Positions 25,881 to 34,845 of a stretch of DNA of 64,000 nt are shown piece after piece. A program made the position numbers and the translations under genes. The stretch's first letter is position 1, and every line of letters starts with the position of its first letter. The notes beneath the pieces are model-generated. The model had not been told where the DNA came from. It did not search any database and was given only the letters and a program-made list of their open reading frames with translations. Origin of the DNA: Klebsiella phage Sugarland; the sequence record NC_042093.1; one strand, given 5' to 3'.

Positions 25881-26272
25881 GTATTCCTAAAATGGAACGT
25901 ATCTCCTGGGCGGATATCCCCAAGGAATTGATTGATGTAGCAGAGAATCTGCTGCGAGCCGCGTTGAGGGACGAGGAGCTTTGCTTCATCATCCAGCATG
26001 ACGTGTGTGTAGGCTTGTCCAAAGGCAGTTTGGCCCAGGATTACGAGATCCTCTTTGATTGGGATGACCTCTCGGACTTGGGGCTAATGGTTCTGGTGAA
26101 CAACGTTGTGTTCCACCCCTCTAATTTTGCAGCATTCCGTGAACCGGGGGCAGGTATTTCTCCGGGGTTCTTGGTAGCTGACGAGCCTTGGACGTATGCT
26201 CCAGAGGTTCTTCGTGAGGGCAAACAAAATGCCTCTTCTAACTCGATTAATATTATGGGTTGGAATGCCTAG
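25877..26272 (+). CDS. hypothetical protein, paralog B (131 aa), a tandem duplicate of the previous gene
   Basis: WADIP...DWDDLSDLGL...YAPE; 4-nt overlap with paralog A. Confidence 0.55.
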   Translation: MSIPKMERISWADIPKELIDVAENLLRAALRDEELCFIIQHDVCVGLSKGSLAQDYEILFDWDDLSDLGLMVLVNNVVFHPSNFAAFREPGAGISPGFLVADEPWTYAPEVLREGKQNASSNSINIMGWNA

Positions 26273-26283
26273 TTGAACACTTA

Positions 26284-26316
26284 GACCAGGGGATTATCCT
26301 CTGGTCTTTTCTATGC
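26284..26316 (+). terminator. rho-independent terminator ending the nrdD-sir2 operon
   Basis: GACCAGGGG-ATTATCC-TCTGGTC then TTTTCT. Confidence 0.6.
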
Positions 26317-26354
26317 TTAAACCCAGTTACCTACCACGTATTTAAATATTTTAC

Positions 26355-26383
26355 TTGCAATCTCGCCACGATTTTTATATAAT
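26355..26383 (+). promoter_or_regulatory. strong sigma70 promoter about 490 nt upstream of the next CDS
   Basis: TTGCAA, 17-bp spacer, TATAAT. Confidence 0.55.
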
Positions 26384-26389
26384 ATATTC

Positions 26390-26870
26390 ATAGGTTGAGA
26401 GAAATGATGTGAGTTACAAAACTGACATAATTCCTCTCATTCACTTCCGAGCATACAGAACAGTCCGGCTGCTACATGCTTGGTTGGGTTTGGCTTATTG
26501 GGAAATTGATTCCGAACGGAATTATAGATAATTGATCTAGAATGCGGGTAAGAGAGGTTGGCATCGCGAGGCTCTCAGATATTTGTTCGTTAGTCATGTG
26601 GAGCAAATAGCACCGCGGTCTGAAATGACCAAGAAGTGAAGCTGTAAGTAGCAACGTGCCTCTGCGCAATAGCGACGAATAGGGGTCAACCACATGGAGC
26701 TTAGCGGCGATTACATGCTGTGTGGGAGTTGTGCGAAGCGGCCAGTTCTAGCAATGAGGAAGTGACCACCCCTCCATCTATAAGGAAATTTGTTGAGTCA
26801 GTGGACTTTTAAGCTGTTCTATCCTTGATAGTTCGAGATCGCTTTATTCTTCAACATAGGAGAAAACGTA
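26390..26870 (+). ncRNA. approximately 480-nt promoter-driven untranslated region (long leader, ncRNA or candidate replication-origin region)
   Basis: No ORF over 20 codons with an RBS; balanced GC content; multiple hairpins. Confidence 0.35.
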
Positions 26871-29660
26871 ATGTTTTCTATTCTAGAAGGACACGCGGGT
26901 TTTTCCCGCGATCCCGCTTCCGGCAACTGGAAGGAAGTGAAAACAACTGATTACCTTTTTGCGAAGGAGTTTTCTAACGAGCATCCAGAAGGTAAACCAG
27001 CCTCAATGCCCTACAAATTTAACGTAGTGGATACGGTTGACCCCAAAAATCTTAATGAAGCGTATGAGCTGATGGTTCAGCTCACTCAAGATCCACATCT
27101 CGTAGCAGTACGAGGTACATGCTTAGTTGCAGAGAAGGCCGTGCGTCGTAAACGTACTAACTTCAAAATCGACCATAAGAGCAATATTATTGCTATGGAC
27201 GTCGATGGAATCTCTGATACCGGAGGATGCGGCAGGTTTGACATTGTGGGTATGGGACGTCATGTCATTAAGTTATTAAACAGCATCAGCGAGGACATGT
27301 TCCCGCTTAACGCAGGGTTTATTGCCCATGCGTCGTCTTCGGCTGGGATTAAGCCGGGGATTCGTATGCACATGCTATTAGAGAGTAATATTCCTGTTAC
27401 TCAGGGTCAGTTAAAGTTTCTATTTACGTCCCTCAATGATAGCTCTCGGCAGAAGTATGGTTTTGATATTGCCGACTTAGCTTATTATTCATCTGTACAG
27501 CTACACTATTTCGCTGACCCGATTTTTCGGGATCAGTTTACCGATCCGTTTAAAGCGGAGGGTAAGCCACGTCTGGTTAAAGTTAACGGTGCTAGGATTG
27601 AACTGCCCAATACTATGCCAGATTATGAAGCCACTCGCGGGGAGTTTAAAGAAGAGTTTCTATCTCTGCTCAATCAGATTAAAGGAAAGCGTGTAGCCTC
27701 TGAAAAAGTGGAACAAACCATTGCAGAGCTGGAAGAAGCAGAGGATGGTGTTTATCTGCGTATTATTCCTAAACTGTACCACAGAGCGCTGGAGGACGGT
27801 GTTGATTTCGCCTGGCTTGAGAAAGAGATTACCTCAGCTCTGTCCGATTATATCAACACGAAGGACAACTCCCGTAGTCTTCAGGATTATTTTAATAACG
27901 GGCGTAAGCAGGCGTTAAAAGCGTTTGTGAACAACTCTATGCGAGATATTCCTGAGTCTAATGTTAAAGGCGTTCCTGTGCACAAGTTGACCTCTGATAG
28001 CCCCGATGGGATGAACTATTTGAAGATCAACCGTCCACCACCGGAAGGTCATTTAACATTTATCAAGGCTTCCCTAGGTACTGGTAAAACCACCGCAGTG
28101 ACGAAGTGGCTAGAACGTGATCAGCTGAAAGGTAATTTCCTTGCAGTTACGAACACACGTGCCCTTGTTTCATCTAACGCCAAGAAGTTTGAAGCCGGAC
28201 AGTATGATAAGTCTGTAGATATGTTAAACTTCAAGCGCGGTGCCATTGATCGTATGTCTACTACTATTCACTCAATCCACAAGTTTAAAAACTTTGTTGG
28301 GCAGATCGATGTTATCTTTATCGATGAGTGCGATGCAGTCATGAATGATCTGTTATTCGCCCCAGTTGTTAAACAACGTCGTGAGTGTATCTCAGTTCTT
28401 CGTGAAATTCTGCTATCTGCAAAAGTAGTTATCCTGTCTGACGGGGATATCAGTGCAGAAACCATTGAGGCATATGGATCTCTCATAGATTTTGACAAGC
28501 CGGTCTCTTATTATAAACACCATCGTAAGATGCTCTCGGATGCTCAGGCGTATGAGTTCCCGGATGAATCCAGTATTTGGGTTGCTCTCCAAACGTCCCT
28601 AGAGATGGGGGAGAAATCTATTCTGGTATCCGACTGTGGGCCAGATGAGTTAAACGAGAAAGGCCTGACGCTAAGAAACAATACAGGTGCGATTGTTAAA
28701 GAGATTCACTCAAACTCTACCTCTGATATAGATATTCGTCGTATTTTGGATTATACAACGAATGAGTTAATTGAGCAGCAGATTGATTGCCTGCTGTGTA
28801 GTCCGTCAGTAACGAGCGGCGTTGACTTCAACTACTTCGATAACGTGTTTGTTATCACTCGTACCGCTAACCAGGCGCCGAACATGCGCTTCCAGGCAAT
28901 CAGGCGCGACCGAGGAGCTAAGAATATCTTCTATTTCATCGATAAGTCCACCAGCGGATTCTCTGCGGGTTCGGAGCAGTATAACATCGATGAGGGTTGG
29001 CTAGACTTAGCTCAGCAGCTGTATGTTAAACGTCGTGAACTAGAGTCCCGTAACTTTATCAGCACATTACGATACTATCTGCTAGATCAGGGGGCAACTA
29101 TCGATATCTTCAGTGAAAGCTGGGGCAAGATTGATAGCTCAGCCGCAGAGTATACTGCCGAGCGAGTTTCTGCTATTTTGAGCAGTACCCCAGATTGGTG
29201 TGCACCCCGTCATGCGGATGCATACGAAGCCAAGCTAATGCTGGTCAAGTATTTCCACCTGGACTCTATCAAGAGTATCACACAGGAACATGCGGAGATG
29301 TGGATTAGTAAGAAACCACACAAGCGGGCGGAGTTCTTCCATAAACTCCAAGATATATTCTGGAAGGATATTAAGAAGTGTTCTAACGTGACGATTAGTC
29401 CATTTATCGAAGCCCTGAAGAAACACAAGAAGGACTTCTTTATTAGGACAGGACAGTCTGCCAACCCTAAATATGCCCGTATGTACCTAACCCAAATGGG
29501 TATTAATAAGGAAATGGAAACGGAGCAGATCGTAGACTGGTATCGAACCTACTGCTCTATCGAGGGTATCTCTGTACCGTATGAGTTTATGACGGATGAG
29601 GAGAAGGCGCTGGCTGATGAAGCGCAAAACGAACTTGGAGTACGTAATGAGCAAGCGTGA
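26871..29660 (+). CDS. primase-polymerase (AEP-like N-terminus) fused to a P-loop NTPase/helicase, origin-binding-protein-like (929 aa)
   Basis: N-terminal NIIAMDVDG (hhDhD motif I), GFIAHASSSAG (motif II-like), GFDIADLAYY; central GTGKTT Walker A and VIFIDECDAV Walker B. Confidence 0.7.
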   Translation: MFSILEGHAGFSRDPASGNWKEVKTTDYLFAKEFSNEHPEGKPASMPYKFNVVDTVDPKNLNEAYELMVQLTQDPHLVAVRGTCLVAEKAVRRKRTNFKIDHKSNIIAMDVDGISDTGGCGRFDIVGMGRHVIKLLNSISEDMFPLNAGFIAHASSSAGIKPGIRMHMLLESNIPVTQGQLKFLFTSLNDSSRQKYGFDIADLAYYSSVQLHYFADPIFRDQFTDPFKAEGKPRLVKVNGARIELPNTMPDYEATRGEFKEEFLSLLNQIKGKRVASEKVEQTIAELEEAEDGVYLRIIPKLYHRALEDGVDFAWLEKEITSALSDYINTKDNSRSLQDYFNNGRKQALKAFVNNSMRDIPESNVKGVPVHKLTSDSPDGMNYLKINRPPPEGHLTFIKASLGTGKTTAVTKWLERDQLKGNFLAVTNTRALVSSNAKKFEAGQYDKSVDMLNFKRGAIDRMSTTIHSIHKFKNFVGQIDVIFIDECDAVMNDLLFAPVVKQRRECISVLREILLSAKVVILSDGDISAETIEAYGSLIDFDKPVSYYKHHRKMLSDAQAYEFPDESSIWVALQTSLEMGEKSILVSDCGPDELNEKGLTLRNNTGAIVKEIHSNSTSDIDIRRILDYTTNELIEQQIDCLLCSPSVTSGVDFNYFDNVFVITRTANQAPNMRFQAIRRDRGAKNIFYFIDKSTSGFSAGSEQYNIDEGWLDLAQQLYVKRRELESRNFISTLRYYLLDQGATIDIFSESWGKIDSSAAEYTAERVSAILSSTPDWCAPRHADAYEAKLMLVKYFHLDSIKSITQEHAEMWISKKPHKRAEFFHKLQDIFWKDIKKCSNVTISPFIEALKKHKKDFFIRTGQSANPKYARMYLTQMGINKEMETEQIVDWYRTYCSIEGISVPYEFMTDEEKALADEAQNELGVRNEQA

Positions 29661-29931
29661 TGCCCGCTGGGAAACAAGGAAGTTTCCCAAACGCGATACG
29701 AAAGCACGGAAAGCTAAAGAGATAGAATTGTGTAGAGTAATACCTATTCGCTTAGCACAGATGCCAAATATCTATGATTGGCTAGAGGCTCAGCGAAAGA
29801 CACGCCTTTCTATACGCATCAACATGGAACTAAACATGGGGTATAAGAGTCTATCTGAATTCATGCACGTTACTTTTGACCCTACGTTCTATGAAAATCG
29901 CGATTGCTTAGAAGCTAAATCTGTATTATAA
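29647..29931 (+). CDS. hypothetical protein (about 94 aa)
   Basis: Start adjusted to MSKRDAR; overlaps the end of the 929-aa gene by 14 nt. Confidence 0.4.
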   Translation: MSKRDARWETRKFPKRDTKARKAKEIELCRVIPIRLAQMPNIYDWLEAQRKTRLSIRINMELNMGYKSLSEFMHVTFDPTFYENRDCLEAKSVL

Positions 29932-29963
29932 TAGTTTCATAAATTCGAGAGAGGATAAAGAAC

Positions 29964-30659
29964 ATGGCAATCCGCAAAAAACTTCATGCGAATAGCATCC
30001 CGGACGAAAAGTTTAAGGAAGCGATTCAGTGGCTAGAAGATGGCAAGACCAAGAAAGGCGCTTGCGAAATCCTCGGAGTAGCATCCAACTCCACGATGGA
30101 GCGTTTGATTGAGGAATGGAAAGATAACCAGCGTGTTTCTGCTGAAATGCGTAAAAAGAAACGTGGTACTAAAATCGAAGGGGCTGAGCTGGCCAACGTT
30201 ATCGATTCGTATCTGTCCGGTGATAGTTTTGAGGCAATCGCCGAGCGTTTCTACCGTTCTGCAAATATGATCCGAATGGTTCTGTCTGCTCACGGTGCTC
30301 TGCTTCGTGTTAATGGTGAGGTTGACCCACTCTTTCCGCCTGCGATTCCAGAAGAATCAATGAAAGAGGTATTTGAAGTAGGCGAACACGTTTGGGTTCC
30401 AGGATACCAGTGTATCGGCGAAGTTAAAAAAGCTCTGGACAATCCGGTAGGCGCATATCGTGTTTACCTGCTATCCGAAGCCCGTCAGCAGTATGTTAAC
30501 TACATGTATTGGGATCTGGCGTCTGTTGAGCATCTGGTAGCACTTGGTGTTGATATCAAGTCTCTGGGATTCAAGTGGGGCAAAGAAGACGTAGCTGAAC
30601 TGGTTAATAACGCTGTTAAAGCAGCCCTGAAATTAGAGAAGAGAGGTAAAGGTGAGTAA
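29964..30659 (+). CDS. putative DNA-binding protein with helix-turn-helix region
   Basis: KKGACEILGVASNSTMERLIEEWK HTH-like segment; RBS GAGAGGATAAAGAACATG. Confidence 0.5.
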   Translation: MAIRKKLHANSIPDEKFKEAIQWLEDGKTKKGACEILGVASNSTMERLIEEWKDNQRVSAEMRKKKRGTKIEGAELANVIDSYLSGDSFEAIAERFYRSANMIRMVLSAHGALLRVNGEVDPLFPPAIPEESMKEVFEVGEHVWVPGYQCIGEVKKALDNPVGAYRVYLLSEARQQYVNYMYWDLASVEHLVALGVDIKSLGFKWGKEDVAELVNNAVKAALKLEKRGKGE

Positions 30660-30870
30660 ATATCAACTCTTGAACCTATTCCAGATTTATTCCGAAGGCG
30701 CTACAGCTATCCGGGATCTGCATTATGCAGTTCCTATGGACGAAGCGGAAGATAATGGCTGGCTTACCAAATACGATCGTGGTTTGCTGAAGATGTATCG
30801 TTTGTCCCCCAATGGTTTGGTAGCTGTTAACCAAATCCTAGAAAATTCTGTTTGCTTTGCAGCTCAGTAA
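30652..30870 (+). CDS. hypothetical protein (72 aa)
   Basis: ORF track; start overlaps the previous stop. Confidence 0.45.
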   Translation: MSKYQLLNLFQIYSEGATAIRDLHYAVPMDEAEDNGWLTKYDRGLLKMYRLSPNGLVAVNQILENSVCFAAQ

Positions 30871-30944
30871 CTTGTTATAATATTCTCATAGTTTGAAACA
30901 AAACTTAAAAACTCTTTTTAACAATAAATAAGGAAGTAATAAAT

Positions 30945-31349
30945 ATGTCTACTCCAACTCAATGGTCTCCTGAACTCGAAGCTGAACTGACTTCTGCCTA
31001 CGTCGCCAAAATCGAACTCTTCCCGGAAGATGAGCGTCCTGGTGTCTCTATGGAGATCGTAGCTGAGATCGCTAAAGAACACGGTGTTTCCCCGAACGGC
31101 CTTCGTATGAAGCTGTCCAAAGCTGGCGTATACGTCAAGAAAGAAGCTGGTAAGTCTACCGCTAAAACTGGTGGTGATGCCCCTAAAGCTGGTGGCCGTA
31201 CTTCTAAGTCTGATGCTCAGGCTGAACTGCGCGCTGCATTTAACGACGCTGGACTGGAAGATGGCTTCCTGGACGAATCGATCGTTGACAAACTGACCGG
31301 TAAAGCTGCCTCTCACCTGGCTGAAGCTATCCGTAAAATCACTAAATAA
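30945..31349 (+). CDS. small repeat-domain protein paralogous to the 34846..35604 product
   Basis: WSPELEAELTSAYVAKI...VAEIAKEHGVSPNGLRMKLSKAG aligns with WNEEITASLTAKANAL...ANIAAELAAETGKEVTARSVGSKLRKEG. Confidence 0.55.
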   Translation: MSTPTQWSPELEAELTSAYVAKIELFPEDERPGVSMEIVAEIAKEHGVSPNGLRMKLSKAGVYVKKEAGKSTAKTGGDAPKAGGRTSKSDAQAELRAAFNDAGLEDGFLDESIVDKLTGKAASHLAEAIRKITK

Positions 31350-31361
31350 GAGGGTATTGCA

Positions 31362-31658
31362 ATGAATAAAGCACAAGTCGTAGCTATCTGTGAGAAACAC
31401 GGTGAGTTTTGCATGCAATACACCAAACTGCGTACCAAGGGGGTAACTTACCTCTACGGTACGACTGAGTTCGATCCTAAGCAAGATAAATACCTTGCCG
31501 AGCGAATCGTCCGTGAAGGCCTGGAACCCGCTGACAAAGATCATATCCTGGTCTTTAGCCGCTCTAGCGATAAATTCCGCTATATTCCGATTGCGAATAT
31601 TAAGCGCATCACCAGCCTCAACCAAGAACTTGATCGAGCTACTCCAGTAGGTCGTTAA
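31362..31658 (+). CDS. hypothetical protein (98 aa)
   Basis: ORF track; RBS GAGGG. Confidence 0.5.
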   Translation: MNKAQVVAICEKHGEFCMQYTKLRTKGVTYLYGTTEFDPKQDKYLAERIVREGLEPADKDHILVFSRSSDKFRYIPIANIKRITSLNQELDRATPVGR

Positions 31659-31663
31659 GACGC

Positions 31664-31692
31664 AATCAGCCCCTTCGGGGGCTTTTTGTTTA
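31664..31692 (+). terminator. rho-independent terminator
   Basis: CAGCCCC-TTCG-GGGGCTG then TTTTTGTT. Confidence 0.65.
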
Positions 31693-31708
31693 TCTGAGAA
31701 CAATAAAA

Positions 31709-32011
31709 ATGAATCAAAACATTTGTCAGGATTACGAAGGACATTCGGAGGAACAATCCATTGTAGTATTTGAAGATCCAGGTAGGCAAATCCGTATGAC
31801 GGTATCCGAGTATCGAGGTAATTTATATCTAGGATTTAGGCTCTGGCTATTGGATATCCTAGATAATTGGTTTCCAACAAAATCCGGTTTTTCCTTTCCG
31901 TATACGCTAGAAACCACCTCATCTATGTTTCAAGCCTTTACGAAGATTTTAAGCAAGTCTGAGGTATTACATGAAGTGTACAAACACTCCCAAAACTCTG
32001 ACGAGGGATGA
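31709..32011 (+). CDS. hypothetical protein (100 aa)
   Basis: ORF track. Confidence 0.45.
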   Translation: MNQNICQDYEGHSEEQSIVVFEDPGRQIRMTVSEYRGNLYLGFRLWLLDILDNWFPTKSGFSFPYTLETTSSMFQAFTKILSKSEVLHEVYKHSQNSDEG

Positions 32012-32495
32012 AATCCTTCGTCATTTCACATACGTAGAGGCAGAAGGTAAACTGTACTACAATGCATTGGGAGAAGACCCTGCATACGATGCTAGAATGT
32101 CTGGTAAGGAGTGTGCGTCTATGGACAGCAAGGGATACATTCGAGCACATGTAAAGGGCGTAGCGTACCAAGTGCACAGAATTATCTTTTTCCTCCATAA
32201 TAACGAGTGGCCAGAAATAGTAGACCATAAAGACGGAGTGACGTGGAACAACTTTCATGAGAATCTGAGGAAAGCCACGTACTCCCAAAATGGCCAGAAT
32301 GCAAAACTGGCTAGCAATAACACTAGCGGGGTAAAGGGCGTAACGTGGAACTCCTCCAAAAATAAATGGATGGCTCGATGCTCTGTAAATGGCACACGAA
32401 AACACGTAGGGTACTTTGACTCCATATCCTCAGCAGAAGAGGCACTTGATTTGTTCAGAAAAGAACATCATGGGGAGTTTGCGAGAAAAAAGTAA
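31971..32495 (+). CDS. HNH homing endonuclease with AP2-type domain
   Basis: IVDHKDGVTWNNFHENLRKATYSQN HNH motif; AP2-like C-terminal domain. Paralog of the 17997..18488 product. Confidence 0.7.
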   Translation: MKCTNTPKTLTRDEILRHFTYVEAEGKLYYNALGEDPAYDARMSGKECASMDSKGYIRAHVKGVAYQVHRIIFFLHNNEWPEIVDHKDGVTWNNFHENLRKATYSQNGQNAKLASNNTSGVKGVTWNSSKNKWMARCSVNGTRKHVGYFDSISSAEEALDLFRKEHHGEFARKK

Positions 32496-32550
32496 TTGCT
32501 TAGTGTTTTAAACCTTGATATAATATTCTCATAGTTTGAAGGAGATCTTT

Positions 32551-32733
32551 ATGAAAGATCATGAAATTGCTCAGTTAGTCAATAAGCTGACCGAAGCTGC
32601 TAAGACGTATGCTCATACGCAGCAATTAAGAGCACACATGTCTAGAATTGTCAACGAGGCTTTACGCCATGAAAAGAATAATTATCGATGCCTACAGTGC
32701 TCCTCCCCTGAAATTCCAGGCCATGACGCTTGA
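32551..32733 (+). CDS. hypothetical protein (60 aa)
   Basis: RBS GAAGGAG. Confidence 0.4.
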   Translation: MKDHEIAQLVNKLTEAAKTYAHTQQLRAHMSRIVNEALRHEKNNYRCLQCSSPEIPGHDA

Positions 32734-32932
32734 GTGGGTAGAGGATAAGCAAAAGAAAACCCTACCCGGTTATGTATTTATCGGGGCATGGATTGAAAAC
32801 AACGTGACACTATGCGAAATGCTTAGCCCTAAATCGCTAGGCAGAACGGTAACAACTTTCCAAGCACTATGCGAACATTTTAATTGGGAAGGAAAGACCA
32901 AGAAGCTGTGCGAACACTACGAGGTTAAATAA
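32669..32932 (+). CDS. hypothetical protein (about 87 aa)
   Basis: Overlaps the previous ORF in another frame; start uncertain. Confidence 0.35.
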   Translation: MKRIIIDAYSAPPLKFQAMTLEWVEDKQKKTLPGYVFIGAWIENNVTLCEMLSPKSLGRTVTTFQALCEHFNWEGKTKKLCEHYEVK

Positions 32933-33894
32933 TGCAACACGTTAAAGAATTTATCAAACTGTGCCAAGACGCGTACTACAAAGGTATGTCAATCATCTCT
33001 GATGAAGAGTATGATGCCTTAATTCGTCGCTTTCCGCTAGAGGAAGAAATTGGCCCCAAAGGTGATGTACCTCATCTGTTCCGTATGTTTTCCTTGCAGA
33101 AAGTGTACCCAGGCCGCGGCGAAGAAGTACCCTTCCAGGGCATTGAAACGCCGAAGCTCGATGGCTGTGCTATTTCACTTCTGTATATTGACGGAAAGTT
33201 CGTTTCTGCGTTAACCCGCGGTAACGGCGTCTTAGGTAATGATGTAACTCATAATGTGAAGTTACTGAACATCCCTAAACGGATCTCCCAAAAGACTCCG
33301 GTGCAGATTACTGGTGAAGTACACATCACCAAAGAAGTTGAAAATATGCGTAACTTCGCCTCTGGTGCTATTAACCTGAAAGATTCTGGAGAGTTTCTCT
33401 CCCGTATTGCGGAAGGTGGCCTGATGTTTACGGCATATAGTATTCAGTGTGAAACCGGCAAAGTTGGCCTGACCGCTACTTTCTGTGGAGATATGCATAT
33501 CCTTCAGGGTGATGGTTTTGTTACCTGTCTGGATATCTCCAGCCGGGTAGATTGGTTCCCAACGGACGGCGTGGTGGTTCGTATGGACGGCAACAACCAA
33601 TTTAACGCAGCAGGTTGGACTAACAAGTTCCCGCGTGGTGCGTACGCCATCAAAGAAGATGATGAAGGCGAGGTTACTACGCTAGAGCGGGTAGAATGGC
33701 AAGTTGGGGCTTCTGGTAAGGTTACTCCTGTTGGATACTTCACCCCGGTAGTCATCGACGACGCTGTCATCTCAAAAGCTACCCTGAATAACGTTGGCTA
33801 TATCACTGCCCTTGACCTAGAAATCGGTTGCCAGATCCGCGTAATTCGTAGTGGTGGGGTCATCCCTCGCATCGTAGAACGTGTTTACGAGTAA
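32932..33894 (+). CDS. NAD-dependent DNA ligase, N-terminal adenylation (Ia/NTase/OB) part of a split enzyme
   Basis: KLDG active-site lysine motif ([17 protein letters not shown]); Ia-domain YYKG..ISDEEYD. Confidence 0.8.
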   Translation: MQHVKEFIKLCQDAYYKGMSIISDEEYDALIRRFPLEEEIGPKGDVPHLFRMFSLQKVYPGRGEEVPFQGIETPKLDGCAISLLYIDGKFVSALTRGNGVLGNDVTHNVKLLNIPKRISQKTPVQITGEVHITKEVENMRNFASGAINLKDSGEFLSRIAEGGLMFTAYSIQCETGKVGLTATFCGDMHILQGDGFVTCLDISSRVDWFPTDGVVVRMDGNNQFNAAGWTNKFPRGAYAIKEDDEGEVTTLERVEWQVGASGKVTPVGYFTPVVIDDAVISKATLNNVGYITALDLEIGCQIRVIRSGGVIPRIVERVYE

Positions 33895-33939
33895 CACTTG
33901 ATTCAATAGATACACCGTGATGATTTTTTAAAGTAGTTA

Positions 33940-33968
33940 TTGACATTTTCATCGCCAGGGTGTATACT
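33940..33968 (+). promoter_or_regulatory. sigma70 promoter inside the spacer between the ligase halves
   Basis: TTGACA, 17-bp spacer, TATACT. Confidence 0.5.
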
Positions 33969-34034
33969 ATTATCATTCAGTTGAGGGAAAGAAATATTTG
34001 GTGAGAGACTGAGCTAAATTCTGAAAAATTTCGA

Positions 34035-34063
34035 TTGCTTAGTCCTGATTTTCTTGCTATAAT
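34035..34063 (+). promoter_or_regulatory. T5-type sigma70 promoter inside the spacer between the ligase halves
   Basis: TTGCTT, 17-bp spacer, TATAAT, upstream AAAAATTTCGA. Confidence 0.5.
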
Positions 34064-34093
34064 ATTTATATAAATTGATGAGGAAGAAAATCA

Positions 34094-34843
34094 ATGAAAA
34101 TTGAAATTCCACTGAATTGCCCCTCTTGTGGTTCGAAACTGGACTTAGTTAACGATCAGTTGTTCTGCCGTAACAAGTCTATGTGTCCAGCTCAAAGCAG
34201 TAAATTAATCGAGAACTTCTGCTCAAAGATGAAGTTAAAGGGCTTTGGCCCACAGACGATTGCTAAACTGGAAATCACGAAAGTTTCAGAACTCTTTTTC
34301 CTGACTAAAGAAGATTTAGTCAGAGCTGTAGGTGATAAAGTCGCCACGAAACTTGAGCTAGAGTTGGAAACTAAGCTGAGACAAGATGTTGACTTTGGTT
34401 CGGTTCTTGGATCTCTTAGTATCCCTCTTATCGGTGAAGTTGCTGCTAAGAAATTATCCCAGCTTTACAACGATTTCCAATCTGTGAAAGCGGAAGGTAA
34501 AGCTGGAGAACACTTAGCTTCGTGGAAGAATACACCGGCAGGACAGGACGTAATTAATCTACCATGGAAATTCAGTGGGGCGCGGGAAACTCAAGTTACC
34601 CCGGCGACTGAATCCAACGGAGTTGTTCTTTGCATTACTGGTAAGCTCAACGACTTCAAAAATCGTGCTGATGCTACCAAATATCTGGAAAGTCTTGGAT
34701 ACACGGTGAAAACCTCCGTTACTAAGGCTGTAAACTACTTAATCTGCGAAGATGAAACCAAGATCGGTTCTTCTTCATACAAAAAAGCACAATCGCTGGG
34801 CATCGAAGTCTTGACGATTAAAATTCTACTGGAGAATAAATAA
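34094..34843 (+). CDS. NAD-dependent DNA ligase, C-terminal part (zinc finger, HhH, BRCT)
   Basis: CPSCGSKLD...LFCRNKSMCPAQ zinc finger; HhH repeats; BRCT-like VVLCITGKL. Confidence 0.75.
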   Translation: MKIEIPLNCPSCGSKLDLVNDQLFCRNKSMCPAQSSKLIENFCSKMKLKGFGPQTIAKLEITKVSELFFLTKEDLVRAVGDKVATKLELELETKLRQDVDFGSVLGSLSIPLIGEVAAKKLSQLYNDFQSVKAEGKAGEHLASWKNTPAGQDVINLPWKFSGARETQVTPATESNGVVLCITGKLNDFKNRADATKYLESLGYTVKTSVTKAVNYLICEDETKIGSSSYKKAQSLGIEVLTIKILLENK

Positions 34844-34845
34844 AA

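Noticed and set aside
30918-31703. 261-aa minus-strand ORF
   Set aside because: Antisense to codon-optimised plus-strand genes; Ser/Phe-rich mirror-frame artefact.
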